Virus record (IMG/VR): IMGVR_UViG_3300023180_005138
Span: 53,379-117,378 of that record
DNA from: a virus
Reading direction: 5' to 3' (one strand)
Length of the DNA stretch: 64,000 nt
Part shown: in pieces, positions 37,901-46,417 of the stretch
Numbering within the stretch: the first letter of the stretch is position 1
How the letters are laid out: each line of letters begins with the position of its first letter
Notes under the pieces: model-generated
Told to the model about the DNA's origin: nothing
Seen by the model: only the letters and a program-made list of their open reading frames with translations
Database searches by the model: none
Program-made: the position numbers and the translations under genes

Positions 37901-40748
37901 TTTTAGCTTGTTGAATTTCTCTAGCATTAGCCTGTCTAGCTTTTAGTAGATCTAGCTCTTTTTGTAAAATATCTACAGAAGCTTGCGCTTTTAATACTGC
38001 TAGTTGCTGTTGAAGAACAGTTAAACTTCTTTGTTGAGTTCTTAAAAGTTTTGTAGAATCTTTTGCAGCCTCTATTATAAGACCAGCTTTTGCTTTTTCT
38101 GCTGTAGTAGCATTGGTTGCTCGTTGAATTTCTATAGAAGTTATACCTAGTGATTTAATCTTGCCTTGTAAAATCGATGCCTCGTTATTTTTACCCTCTT
38201 TTTGCGCTTGAACTAACATCTCTTGTAATCTAACAGCTTCTCTTTGCTTATCAGAGATATTTCCTGCCGCTGCTATTGTATCATCTAGGAACTTCATTTG
38301 ATTTGCTTTTACTTCTTCAGGAGTAGCAGCTATCTCAGCTATCTTTCCAACTTTGCTTATAGACCCACTAGCTAATAAAGAGTCAACCGCTTTTAAGGCT
38401 CCTCCGAAAGTAGATTGAAGATCTTTGTTAATTTTTTCTAATCCTTGAACATTAGCTAAAGTATTAGAAAGACTTTGAATTCTTTTCTCTAATTTGTATA
38501 AAGCTTCCTCTTGCTGATTACTTAGATCATCAAAATCTAGAGTATCTGAGAATTTTTCTAACTCTCTATTTGCTCTAACCAAAGCTTGAGAAAGTTTTTC
38601 TGAATTAACACCTAACTTTAATTGCTCATTAAAGTTCTGTATGGCCCCCGTTGTTGCTACAAGAGCGGCTCCTTGTGCTTCTGCTCCCGCTATAAATTCA
38701 TTTTGACCGCCTACATTTTGTATAATAACGTCAAGTAAGTTTTTATACTCTTTTACCGCCGCTCCATTTTCATCAGTTAATTGTTTTACAGCTTTTGCTG
38801 CGGAGTCATAAGACACACCAGTGGCAACAATACCCCTTAATAAACCAACATTTTCTTTTCCTACAGTTTTAATAGCTTGTTTTGTTTCTTGAAGAACTAA
38901 TAGTCTAAACTTTTCTTCTTTTGTTAACTCTCCTGTCTTGTCAGTTAAAGCTTTAATTCGCGCATCAAGGGTTTTTACTCCTGCGTCGTTATCATTGAGG
39001 AGTTTTGTAGTTCTTTCAAGAGATTTACCAGTTAAATCCTGTGAAGCCGCATACTGAATTTGTGATTTACCAAAAAGGAGGAAATACTTTGTGAGCCTAT
39101 CTGTTTTTTCAGAGGCAATTTGTGCATTAACACTACCAGCTTGTACTCCTTGTATTAAATCTGCCTGTTCTTTTCTAACATCTGCTATCTGATCTTCTGT
39201 AAGCCCAAGAGCCTTGGCATATTGAACCGCAGTTCCTGATGAATTTAATATCGCAGTAGATAATCCTTCTATTTCTTTTCTATTTTGTCTAGCCTGAGCG
39301 TTTAATCTTTCAAAGTATCCTATTACCTCTCCAATTAAATCAATACCAAATAAAGAAAGAACTCCTTGAGCAATTCCTACATATATTAAAATTTTTGACA
39401 TTGCCGCCCCTACAGCAACTACTGCTCCTTGTAGAACACGAAAAGTTCCTGCTAATCCTGATACACCCTTTGCAGTTCCTCGTGCAATCTTACCTGTACC
39501 TTCTAGCCTGTCATTAAAAGCTGTTTCTGCAGTTTCGAGTCCTTTAATCTGTGCTGCATAGACCCCCGTGCCGTTATCAAGAGCCTTTAAATCAGCAATT
39601 CTACGTGCAGTTAACTCTTTGCCTCTTTCAGCTTGCCTAATAGATAGATCTTGCGTTGCAAGAAGTTTACGAATTTCTGCCCCTTCAGTACGAGCTAATT
39701 TAGCATTAGTGCCTTGAATAGCTCCTGTACCTGTTAACCCTCCTTCTCCTTTAGAGAGAGCCTGTTTAGCAGCCGCCTGGAACTTAGTAAGAGCTTCTGG
39801 ACCGGCTCTTGAAAATTTCTCAGTAAGATTATCTAATTTTCTAGTAACAAAATCAAATCCAGACCCTAGTCCTGCAACTATAGAGTCTTTTAGTTTTGAA
39901 AAAACAATAGCACCTACAGCCCCAAAAGCTATAATTAAATTACCTGTTTTAGATAAGAAATCAGCAATAGGGCTTAAAACATTTGCTACGAATCCTAACA
40001 CAGATTGTGTTAAGTCTTGGAACTTAGCAGCTAATTGTTCGATTGATTGTTGGGAAGTTTTAGAACTTGTATCAATAATACCAAACTTTGCATTACCTTC
40101 ATCAATAACAGCATTAACAAATGCTTGGCGTCTTTCAAAAGTAGTCAAACTAGAAGCACTTCTATTTAAAGATGCAGCATACTTATTAACAGCAGGCTCA
40201 ATACGAGTAAAAATACCAAGTTCGTCGATAAGTTCTGGTTCTAACTTAGCAGAGCCTCTAACTAGTCGGTTAAAAGAATCTGTTAAATCTCTACCTAAAG
40301 CACGAGATGCTTTTAAAGAAACAGTTGTAAGACCTTCAATCTGTTTAGCACTAAAACCTGCAGAAAGTGCGGTGTTAACTTGAGTAGCAGCTTCAACAAT
40401 AGATAACTGATTTTTTGTTATCTCTTTTGTTTTAGCAATAATTTGATCCCCTGATTCCCCAATAGTTCTAGCTAAAGTTTGAGTACCCCTAATAACTTCT
40501 TCGTTTCTAGCAGCTCTAGACAGTGCTTGGAAAGCAGAAGTAATAGCAAAGATATTAGCGGCAGCGCCTGCATAAACAGAAACCAGACCTCCCAAACCAG
40601 ATGCTTGAGCAGAAAACTGTCTTCCTGCTGATGCGCTGGTTTGACCAAGTCTGGTTTGTTGTTTAGTTACTGTTTCAGTAGCCGCAGCTGCTGCAGCCGC
40701 TCCTTTGGTACTAAAAGTAGTTTCAATAATATTTTTAATTGATGCCAC
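34941..40748 (-). CDS. Tape measure protein (T5 pb2-like N-terminus)
   Basis: 1935 aa, Ala-rich coiled coil, hydrophobic segments, C-terminal AAGG...DSVPALLEPGEFVMKKSAV. Confidence 0.92.
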   Translation of the reverse strand: MASIKNIIETTFSTKGAAAAAAATETVTKQQTRLGQTSASAGRQFSAQASGLGGLVSVYAGAAANIFAITSAFQALSRAARNEEVIRGTQTLARTIGESGDQIIAKTKEITKNQLSIVEAATQVNTALSAGFSAKQIEGLTTVSLKASRALGRDLTDSFNRLVRGSAKLEPELIDELGIFTRIEPAVNKYAASLNRSASSLTTFERRQAFVNAVIDEGNAKFGIIDTSSKTSQQSIEQLAAKFQDLTQSVLGFVANVLSPIADFLSKTGNLIIAFGAVGAIVFSKLKDSIVAGLGSGFDFVTRKLDNLTEKFSRAGPEALTKFQAAAKQALSKGEGGLTGTGAIQGTNAKLARTEGAEIRKLLATQDLSIRQAERGKELTARRIADLKALDNGTGVYAAQIKGLETAETAFNDRLEGTGKIARGTAKGVSGLAGTFRVLQGAVVAVGAAMSKILIYVGIAQGVLSLFGIDLIGEVIGYFERLNAQARQNRKEIEGLSTAILNSSGTAVQYAKALGLTEDQIADVRKEQADLIQGVQAGSVNAQIASEKTDRLTKYFLLFGKSQIQYAASQDLTGKSLERTTKLLNDNDAGVKTLDARIKALTDKTGELTKEEKFRLLVLQETKQAIKTVGKENVGLLRGIVATGVSYDSAAKAVKQLTDENGAAVKEYKNLLDVIIQNVGGQNEFIAGAEAQGAALVATTGAIQNFNEQLKLGVNSEKLSQALVRANRELEKFSDTLDFDDLSNQQEEALYKLEKRIQSLSNTLANVQGLEKINKDLQSTFGGALKAVDSLLASGSISKVGKIAEIAATPEEVKANQMKFLDDTIAAAGNISDKQREAVRLQEMLVQAQKEGKNNEASILQGKIKSLGITSIEIQRATNATTAEKAKAGLIIEAAKDSTKLLRTQQRSLTVLQQQLAVLKAQASVDILQKELDLLKARQANAREIQQAKNEANAAERAAAATVRKGLEQEVDLRIKALEASKQLAQAEAARAEAAQRATNAAARRADLQKVNAAERQQNQLGLLGNLATEKQIRDAEINVAREKFNAEMARLDREENLIRTKLAADLAALDKQAAILREQIELNEVKKTNAALEALDQFKALDEKKALDDKARSDRAEQIVKEKELVLSQQKVADLQAANAAKDREYQLGLIEKKVKLLEMQAQVDDRYITAMAKILEQQARLVELQTGKKDPQLEEVKKTARELANSTIKTLQTNVENLRTNIEAQKTASADILNEEIKKNQRLADLKTSLLNAEEQKIKKIQADVDRRYAAESAKILENYNQKIKEIEAQSANTEAQLKSIEAQKAAASSNAQEKLTALNIERDKQKEIIALAERKYQLEEAGLLKYLQAAAGIIEGALNKGVDDLFEAIKNGTLTMKNFKEGLMNMLKGILVDLAKQAFKQFIVQPVTDFLKQQFQGLLGGLTKTATTALTQTLPDAASSAIKSSLGNIEGSVKALKDVGIQSVYVTNVSEFCACSGGGVGEAAGGLKIPGTGGPKITDTGGSGKSPVPGEMLEETKGAFSDLWDSIKSGVSGIVDSVSGAFKNLGDMVSDWFGGGSGGITSNGVPVEVLKSKNVPIGTLLGDQVQSDYNLGGGFNPMGTGYSSTTYGPFDMFGQNTLNPSGPGGFGAMGFGAPGGLGNIGGSFTPLGSPFGTSFGQAPMGGFPAATPFSTDKFTNRVSEAGIGDGGLGLEGVTAELDNFTTGLKDGVTNLGDFGTKVTDSSGLLSSFGTDTQTAGGSLLNVGNDASVLGGSLGSAGAATQALEAAQVGSKVAAVSQTTADTTLTTAAYSAATALQTVGASGSAGGGGGFFTALVAAASGGLVGRQGIARYAAGGNVRTRDSVPALLEPGEFVMKKSAVDAIGASNMERMNATGKTALNSAPKVKVQIENKGSDKEAEQGETQMDGETAIVKLILKDLDTNGPIRRSIRSNT

Positions 40749-41071
40749 TAGCGTCTCACCCTTGATGCGGCTTCTCTAGTTCTACGTTGTTGGTCATAGT
40801 GTGTAGAAGCCTCAGAAATACATACTTGAAGAAGTTCAAACACCTCTTCACTATCTTCAATTTTATAGATGCGCATAATATCTCCTAAACCTGCATAGTC
40901 TTTACCTAACCAGACTCCATTCATTCCCTCTATCTTATCTGGCAAAGCATTAAAAAGCCTTAGAGCTTGTTGCGCTTCGTAACTTAATTCATGTACCTCT
41001 GGCGGCATTTCGTCAGGGTCAGGGTCCCATCCCATCTGTTCACACATTAACAGATATTGGTCTTGGGTCAT
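40748..41071 (-). CDS. Tail assembly chaperone, second (T) frame, reached by -1 frameshift
   Basis: MCEQMGWDPDPDEMP; in the -1 frame relative to 41068-41538 and open back to the slippery site. Confidence 0.8.
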   Translation of the reverse strand: MTQDQYLLMCEQMGWDPDPDEMPPEVHELSYEAQQALRLFNALPDKIEGMNGVWLGKDYAGLGDIMRIYKIEDSEEVFELLQVCISEASTHYDQQRRTREAASRVRR

Positions 41072-41538
41072 TCCCCCTGCTTGGAAGCTGTGCCGGAGGT
41101 ACTTTTCGAGTTTTTTGAGTCTTCAGCCTTCTTATTAATAGAAAACTGCTCATAATCATTTAGTGCGTCAGTTACAAACTGATCAAAAACTGTGGAATTC
41201 TTTAGAAGATCTAGTGCGTCTTCTTCAGAATAATTTACGTCCTCATTTGGCTCCATAGAACTAATATCTACTGGAAGAAGCTTGGGCAACGATCTAACTT
41301 TAAGACCTGACCACCCCTTAATTGCTCTACGTGAATACTCTTCAATAAACTTATCATTATCAATTTCCTCTTCACGTTGACGAGTACGCTTATTAAACTT
41401 ATATGTAAGACTTGAGTTACGAATCTTCATTAGATCATCACGACCTAAATATACTAGATTAACTACAAAACCTTCGATATCAGGAAACTCTACGTCAATT
41501 ACGGTTTCCTTTGCCATTAAACTTGAAATTTTACTCAT
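41068..41538 (-). CDS. Tail assembly chaperone (G)
   Basis: Lies between major tail protein and tape measure; carries the slippery site. Confidence 0.82.
   Translation of the reverse strand: MSKISSLMAKETVIDVEFPDIEGFVVNLVYLGRDDLMKIRNSSLTYKFNKRTRQREEEIDNDKFIEEYSRRAIKGWSGLKVRSLPKLLPVDISSMEPNEDVNYSEEDALDLLKNSTVFDQFVTDALNDYEQFSINKKAEDSKNSKSTSGTASKQGE
41110..41116 (-). other. Programmed -1 ribosomal frameshift heptamer A AAA AAC
   Basis: TCA AAA AAC at codons 141-143 of the chaperone; the -1 frame reads KLEKYLRHSFQAGG into MTQDQY. Confidence 0.8.
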
Positions 41539-41561
41539 TTTTTGGTTTTCCCCTCTGTGTT

Positions 41562-41668
41562 AATAAAAAGGGTGCTCACCGTCGTTATCAACGCCTGTCA
41601 AACTGAGGGGGCAAGTTTGACGTTTGTTAACAGTGAGCACCCACATGAAATTAAATTTTGCCCCCTCA
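41562..41668 (-). terminator. Long hairpin terminator with an 11-nt loop complementary to upstream RNA (pseudoknot or switch)
   Basis: Outer stem 41570-41579/41633-41642, inner stem 41597-41603/41615-41621, U-tract 41569-41562; loop 41604-41614 is complementary to 41658-41668. Confidence 0.65.
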
Positions 41669-41681
41669 AAGCTCATTTAAC

Positions 41682-42938
41682 TTACTTTTCTACAATAAGT
41701 GTCAACTCATCTCCGGTACCTTTGCTAGTTTCCTGAGCAAGGAAGTTAACTGTAATACCGATAACATCTTCAACAGCGTGAGTTGGAATCTCGAACTGAA
41801 TCTTTGGCATATTGATTGCAAAGAATGGTGCTGTTGCTCCGCCAATTTTAAGGTTAGCGTTAGATGTAGCAGAAGAAGATGTACGAGTGTCTTCAACGAT
41901 CTGCTTCAAGAACTGAGCAGAATCACTTGAACCACCACGTAAGTAAGCACTTAGTGAACCAGAAATAGCACGAGCACCGGCAAACTGACCGATAGGTGAG
42001 TTAAGAGATGCAAGCTCTTCTGGTGTTAAGTATGTGATGTTATTATTGTAGTCAAAACTGAGTGCAGTTACTGGGAATGTGAAATCAACCCCTGTAGCAG
42101 TTGAACTTTCAGCGTGCTTAATATCAATTGTTGAAAGTCTATTCTTAATGAAGCTAGCAGAAGAAATTGTGCCAGAAACATTATAAGAGTTCCAAGGATG
42201 ATAAGAAGCCTCAGCTGTCAGTGCATACTGATTTGAGTTAGCTGTGATTTCATTTCCTCCAGCATTTAGTATTCCACCGAATACTGAAATAGCATTATTA
42301 CGTTTATCATCACGAAGTTCGATTAGGTTTGTACCGAATCCTGTCCAAGTGGTTGTAGCAATGCCGTCAATAGCAGCATCAATAGACCCTTGGTTAACAG
42401 TTGCGTTAGAAACCTGATAAACAACGTTATCCATTTTGAAATATAGATGGTATTCAGAAGCAGTAGCAAAGTTTGCAGAATGCTGGAACACGTTTGCAGC
42501 AGCAGCACGCTCTCCTAGTGCAAATTTACCATCAGCCTGCCAAGTACTCTGAAGTGAATCGCCAGAAGCAAATGCAGTGTTACTCATTAAGGCTTGCCAC
42601 ATAAACCAGTCGGCGCAAGGCATTGAATTACCTTCAGCAGACTTATCTGAAGCACCTGCGGTCTTTTCAAGACCTGTTGGTTTTAGATACGCCTGGAAGT
42701 TCCAGTCAACTGGGTTAAGGGCGGTATTGAATCTCTGTTGTGAACGATCAGGAGTCAAACCACTTTCTAGTGATGTGATATCCTGAGTTGCAGCAGCCTG
42801 AGACACTGCAAATCCAGCAAGAATTTCTACTTGCCAAGTGTTTGCAGGTTTCATAGCTGTTACTTCGGCACCGCTGGCAATATCAACGGTGGACATAAAC
42901 ACTTTTGTGTTTCTCTGTAGGTTAAGTTGGGCAGCCAT
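41682..42938 (-). CDS. Major tail (tube) protein, T5 pb6-like
   Basis: LQRNTKVFMS, FNTALNPVDWNF, SFDYNNNITYLTPEEL; AAGGAG ribosome binding site; expression-biased codons. Confidence 0.85.
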   Translation of the reverse strand: MAAQLNLQRNTKVFMSTVDIASGAEVTAMKPANTWQVEILAGFAVSQAAATQDITSLESGLTPDRSQQRFNTALNPVDWNFQAYLKPTGLEKTAGASDKSAEGNSMPCADWFMWQALMSNTAFASGDSLQSTWQADGKFALGERAAAANVFQHSANFATASEYHLYFKMDNVVYQVSNATVNQGSIDAAIDGIATTTWTGFGTNLIELRDDKRNNAISVFGGILNAGGNEITANSNQYALTAEASYHPWNSYNVSGTISSASFIKNRLSTIDIKHAESSTATGVDFTFPVTALSFDYNNNITYLTPEELASLNSPIGQFAGARAISGSLSAYLRGGSSDSAQFLKQIVEDTRTSSSATSNANLKIGGATAPFFAINMPKIQFEIPTHAVEDVIGITVNFLAQETSKGTGDELTLIVEK

Positions 42939-42952
42939 TTAATTAAACTCCT

Positions 42953-43405
42953 TTATATATTTAATTGGTATCTTGTTGTCACGTCTATTTCCAAAATCCC
43001 AAAGGGAGCTACTAAACCTTCATCTGTGGAAACACCTTCTATTATCATATCTAGTATTCCAATGTTTGATCTATCACCTAAGTTATATACAATATGCTCT
43101 ATATCATCTGCTAGACTTTCTGCGGTTGTTATAGGGTTTTCTGCTCTAACATAAGCACGGATCGCAATGTTTAGCTCTCCAGTAGTTAATCCTGCGGTAT
43201 CGTAAATTCTAGATTCTGTTCCTGCATTTACGCATATTGTAGGAAAATCATTAATTTCGTCTAAAAATTTCACGCGACGAAAACAGTTATTTGAAATATC
43301 TAAGTTATAAGTGTAGCTTGCGTCAAAAGTAGAAACATCGCCGTTTATTTTTTTCAACTCAGATACCAATAAGTCGGTAATTTCTTTTCTTCGACTTAAC
43401 GCCAT
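42953..43405 (-). CDS. Tail terminator-like protein (T5 p142-like)
   Basis: FLDEINDFPTICV, position upstream of the major tail protein. Confidence 0.75.
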   Translation of the reverse strand: MALSRRKEITDLLVSELKKINGDVSTFDASYTYNLDISNNCFRRVKFLDEINDFPTICVNAGTESRIYDTAGLTTGELNIAIRAYVRAENPITTAESLADDIEHIVYNLGDRSNIGILDMIIEGVSTDEGLVAPFGILEIDVTTRYQLNI

Positions 43406-43424
43406 TTATTTTCTACCTTTTCAT

Positions 43425-43453
43425 AGTATATCAAATTGATTTTTATAAAGCAA
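43425..43453 (-). promoter_or_regulatory. Sigma70-type late promoter TTGCTT-N17-TATACT
   Basis: -35 at 43453-43448, -10 at 43430-43425. Confidence 0.72.
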
Positions 43454-43486
43454 ATCCTAAATTCTCAAAACAGATTCGTGCCCAGT

Positions 43487-44788
43487 TTAAAAACCTCTTA
43501 TAATTCTAAAACGAGTTCCATACACTTGTTTAACAGTATCTCTAATAGAACCTTGTAATAAAAATCTAGGTGCTCTTGCTCCTCTTTTTTCGTGAACACG
43601 ATAGTTAGGAGCATAATAATATGTAATTAATTGTTGTCTAATATTTTGCATAACTCTAACAGATTCTGCAAATTGACCAGTTCTATATGTTAGTACAGTA
43701 GGACTTAAAGGCTCTCCTCTAATAGGTCCTTTAGGCATACGACGCTCTACTTCTTTTTGTACTAAAGCACTTAATTGAACGTCTGAAATATAGTTTACTT
43801 TAGTTTCTGCCTTTTTCTTTTTCGTTTTAGCTGTTATAGATCCTTTTCCTAAAAGGGCAGACCCTTTTTCATATTCAATTAAAAATTTGCCCTTAAATTG
43901 TGAGTTCAAGAATTTAATTACAGAAGGAGAGAATTGTGAAAACTCTGCTGCTAAATCTTGAGCAATTGCCAGACTAAGCTTTTTTAATTCTACATCTAAA
44001 GATTTATTTGCTTTGTTTAAAGCGTTTCTAACTTCAGCTTCTGTAAAGTAAATTTGAAAGTAGACTTGTCCTTCTGCGCCTTCTGTCACTTTTATTTTAG
44101 CTTTAGGATTTTTGGATATTTGTTGCCAGTTCCAGCCAATAGATTTAATTATTCTTTTTCCACCAACTTGTATAGGAACTTTAATATCTGCTGCTTTTAA
44201 AGCAAAGTTTTTTCTTAATGCGATAGCAGCAGGAGATCTACTCTTATTTAAAAAAGATTTTAAACCTTCACTATCATTTTTTAATTTAACTAGCTCTTGT
44301 AAAAAAGAATCACCAAATCTAACGCGTTCTTCGATAGGAGTTGCAGAGCCTTCTGAAGTATCAAACCCAGTTATAAGTTTTGTGGTAGAGCGTAAATTAA
44401 TTCCTTGTCCGCCGGCTATCCCAATCTGTCCTGCTCTAGTTACTTGTCCTGAAGAGTCTGTTGTTGTAGAAATAGCTTTATTTTCTGAAACAACAGCCTG
44501 TCCTGACTCCGCATCATAAACAATATTATCGGGTATAACACCAGACCCTGATTTTCCTTGAATAAGGGTACCACCTAAATTGTCTACCATAACCCTATCA
44601 ACAATATTTGATAATCTTGAGTAGATACCAAATAAAGCTCTGGATAATGGTTCATTTGTAGCTTTTAAATAAAAACGAGCAGGTCCTATTGCATTTCTAG
44701 ATTTAAATAGTAAGTCTAATGCATTAGGTCCTGTAAAAGTTTTACCGTCTGGTCCTGTGACTTTAAATCTAGTAACAGACTCTATCAT
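43487..44788 (-). CDS. Tail completion/neck protein (T5 p143-like C-terminus) with a long N-terminal extension
   Basis: Position in the neck cluster; C-terminal LTYRTGQFAESV. Confidence 0.6.
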   Translation of the reverse strand: MIESVTRFKVTGPDGKTFTGPNALDLLFKSRNAIGPARFYLKATNEPLSRALFGIYSRLSNIVDRVMVDNLGGTLIQGKSGSGVIPDNIVYDAESGQAVVSENKAISTTTDSSGQVTRAGQIGIAGGQGINLRSTTKLITGFDTSEGSATPIEERVRFGDSFLQELVKLKNDSEGLKSFLNKSRSPAAIALRKNFALKAADIKVPIQVGGKRIIKSIGWNWQQISKNPKAKIKVTEGAEGQVYFQIYFTEAEVRNALNKANKSLDVELKKLSLAIAQDLAAEFSQFSPSVIKFLNSQFKGKFLIEYEKGSALLGKGSITAKTKKKKAETKVNYISDVQLSALVQKEVERRMPKGPIRGEPLSPTVLTYRTGQFAESVRVMQNIRQQLITYYYAPNYRVHEKRGARAPRFLLQGSIRDTVKQVYGTRFRIIRGF

Positions 44789-44789
44789 A

Positions 44790-46088
44790 CTAATAAATCA
44801 CTCTATATAAATCTAGAATACGACGAATGTGTGGAGGAAAATTAGCACTCAATGCTCTATCTTGAACATTCTCACCTTGGAAAGTAAAGCCTTGGGATTC
44901 TTGCCGATCTTTGTGTAACATTTTAGCATAATCCATAGTAGCCATCAATAAATCTTGAGGAATAGAGCCAGAATCATATCCAGACTTATAAGTTACTCTA
45001 ACACCACGAGGATAATTCTTAAATGTAGCAGCTCCTACAAGAGTTAATCCAAAATCTCCTGTACCATCACCAATATTTTTAGTAATTTCGCCTGTATCAG
45101 GGTAGAATAAAAAGTCTTCTACAGAAGCGTGATCGTCAGCAAAGCCAGAGGTATCATTGTCTCCATCAAAATGTGCTAATAAAACAGTATTATCATCTGT
45201 CGCATGTTGGTAAGAAGGAGCAGTAAAAGCAGTAGTATGTCTAGCAACATGAGAGATACGAGTTTCATCCATAAATCCATTAAAATATTGATAATTTGAA
45301 GTAACATTTTGTCTTGCAATTTCAAGTTGCGCAGAAATATCAGGCATCACATTTGAAGTAGTTTGTGTGCCTATAGAAGTTCCATCACGGTAAAGTGTCC
45401 AAGAAGAACCAGAACGAACAATTTCTACATGATGAAAAGTATTAGCAGAATAACCAGTTGAGGCCGCATGTGTAACATTAACAACTTCAGTACCTCCAGA
45501 TACTGCTCTAAAAGTAAAACCATTAGTAGTATCATATCCAAGGGACCAAAGATTATTAACATCCGCAGATTGTGAGATGAATACTGCATTAGCAGAATAA
45601 GAGTTAGATCTTATTTGTGTATCAATAGTAAAATCAGAGTCTCCAAAATACCAGTCATTAGAATCAGCTAAATAAATATAGTCATCAGATCCGTCAAAAA
45701 ACACAGAGGAGTCCCCGAACTTTTTATATCTAGTTTTTAGAACGGGTCCTCCACTGCGAGTTAAAGTATGGTTTGAATCTATTCTTGTTACTGAAGAACC
45801 ATCTGATTGTGGATTAGTTAGTTTTCTATATGCAGTACCGTCATACTCAGAAATAGAATGAACATTTTGTAAGGGTAGCCTAGATACAAAAACCGAAGAT
45901 TTTCCTCCGTCAAATACTTCTGAATACGAGTTACTTAAAACTTCGTGTCCAATATAGTTTTCTACAGCACCACAAGCGAAAGAAATAAGATTGCTGAGTC
46001 TAGCATCTTCGTTAGAGCTTGTAATGTTTAGATAATTTTTTATTTGTGCTAAAGTTACATATGGATATTTACCATAATTGCTAGACAT
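44790..46088 (-). CDS. Head-tail connector with an inserted LamG/concanavalin-like domain
   Basis: YVTLAQIKNYL...ENYIG and C-terminal PQDLLMA...IRRILDLYR flank FDGSDDY...HHVEIVRSG...FNGFMDETRIS. Confidence 0.82.
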   Translation of the reverse strand: MSSNYGKYPYVTLAQIKNYLNITSSNEDARLSNLISFACGAVENYIGHEVLSNSYSEVFDGGKSSVFVSRLPLQNVHSISEYDGTAYRKLTNPQSDGSSVTRIDSNHTLTRSGGPVLKTRYKKFGDSSVFFDGSDDYIYLADSNDWYFGDSDFTIDTQIRSNSYSANAVFISQSADVNNLWSLGYDTTNGFTFRAVSGGTEVVNVTHAASTGYSANTFHHVEIVRSGSSWTLYRDGTSIGTQTTSNVMPDISAQLEIARQNVTSNYQYFNGFMDETRISHVARHTTAFTAPSYQHATDDNTVLLAHFDGDNDTSGFADDHASVEDFLFYPDTGEITKNIGDGTGDFGLTLVGAATFKNYPRGVRVTYKSGYDSGSIPQDLLMATMDYAKMLHKDRQESQGFTFQGENVQDRALSANFPPHIRRILDLYRVIY

Positions 46089-46102
46089 TGTTTATCCCCT
46101 TC

Positions 46103-46324
46103 TTATTTAGTAACGATTGTAGTTTTTGGCTTAACAGGAGCCACAGCCTCTACGGAAGTAGCGCTGACTACTTTTTGCTTAACAGGAGCAGGAGCTGGTT
46201 TTGGAGCTTTAGCTGCTTTCCATTCTGCGATATAAGCGTCTACCTGAGTAAGACCATTTCCTAACTTCATTAGAATTCTACGAGCTTCGTCTTCATCATC
46301 AATTTGCATGATTTCATTAATCAT
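46103..46324 (-). CDS. Small hypothetical protein (73 aa) after the capsid gene
   Basis: AAGGAG ribosome binding site; Pro/Ala/Lys-rich tail. Confidence 0.7.
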   Translation of the reverse strand: MINEIMQIDDEDEARRILMKLGNGLTQVDAYIAEWKAAKAPKPAPAPVKQKVVSATSVEAVAPVKPKTTIVTK

Positions 46325-46348
46325 TATAATTTTCTCCTTGTCTTATAG

Positions 46349-46379
46349 TAAGAAAGGGAGGCAGGTTAACCTACCTCCC
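46349..46379 (-). terminator. Intrinsic terminator after the major capsid gene
   Basis: GGGAGGTAGG-TTAA-CCTGCCTCCC-TTTCTT. Confidence 0.8.
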
Positions 46380-46417
46380 TCTTCCTTAAGGTAAATCAGA
46401 ATCTATTATACCTAAGA

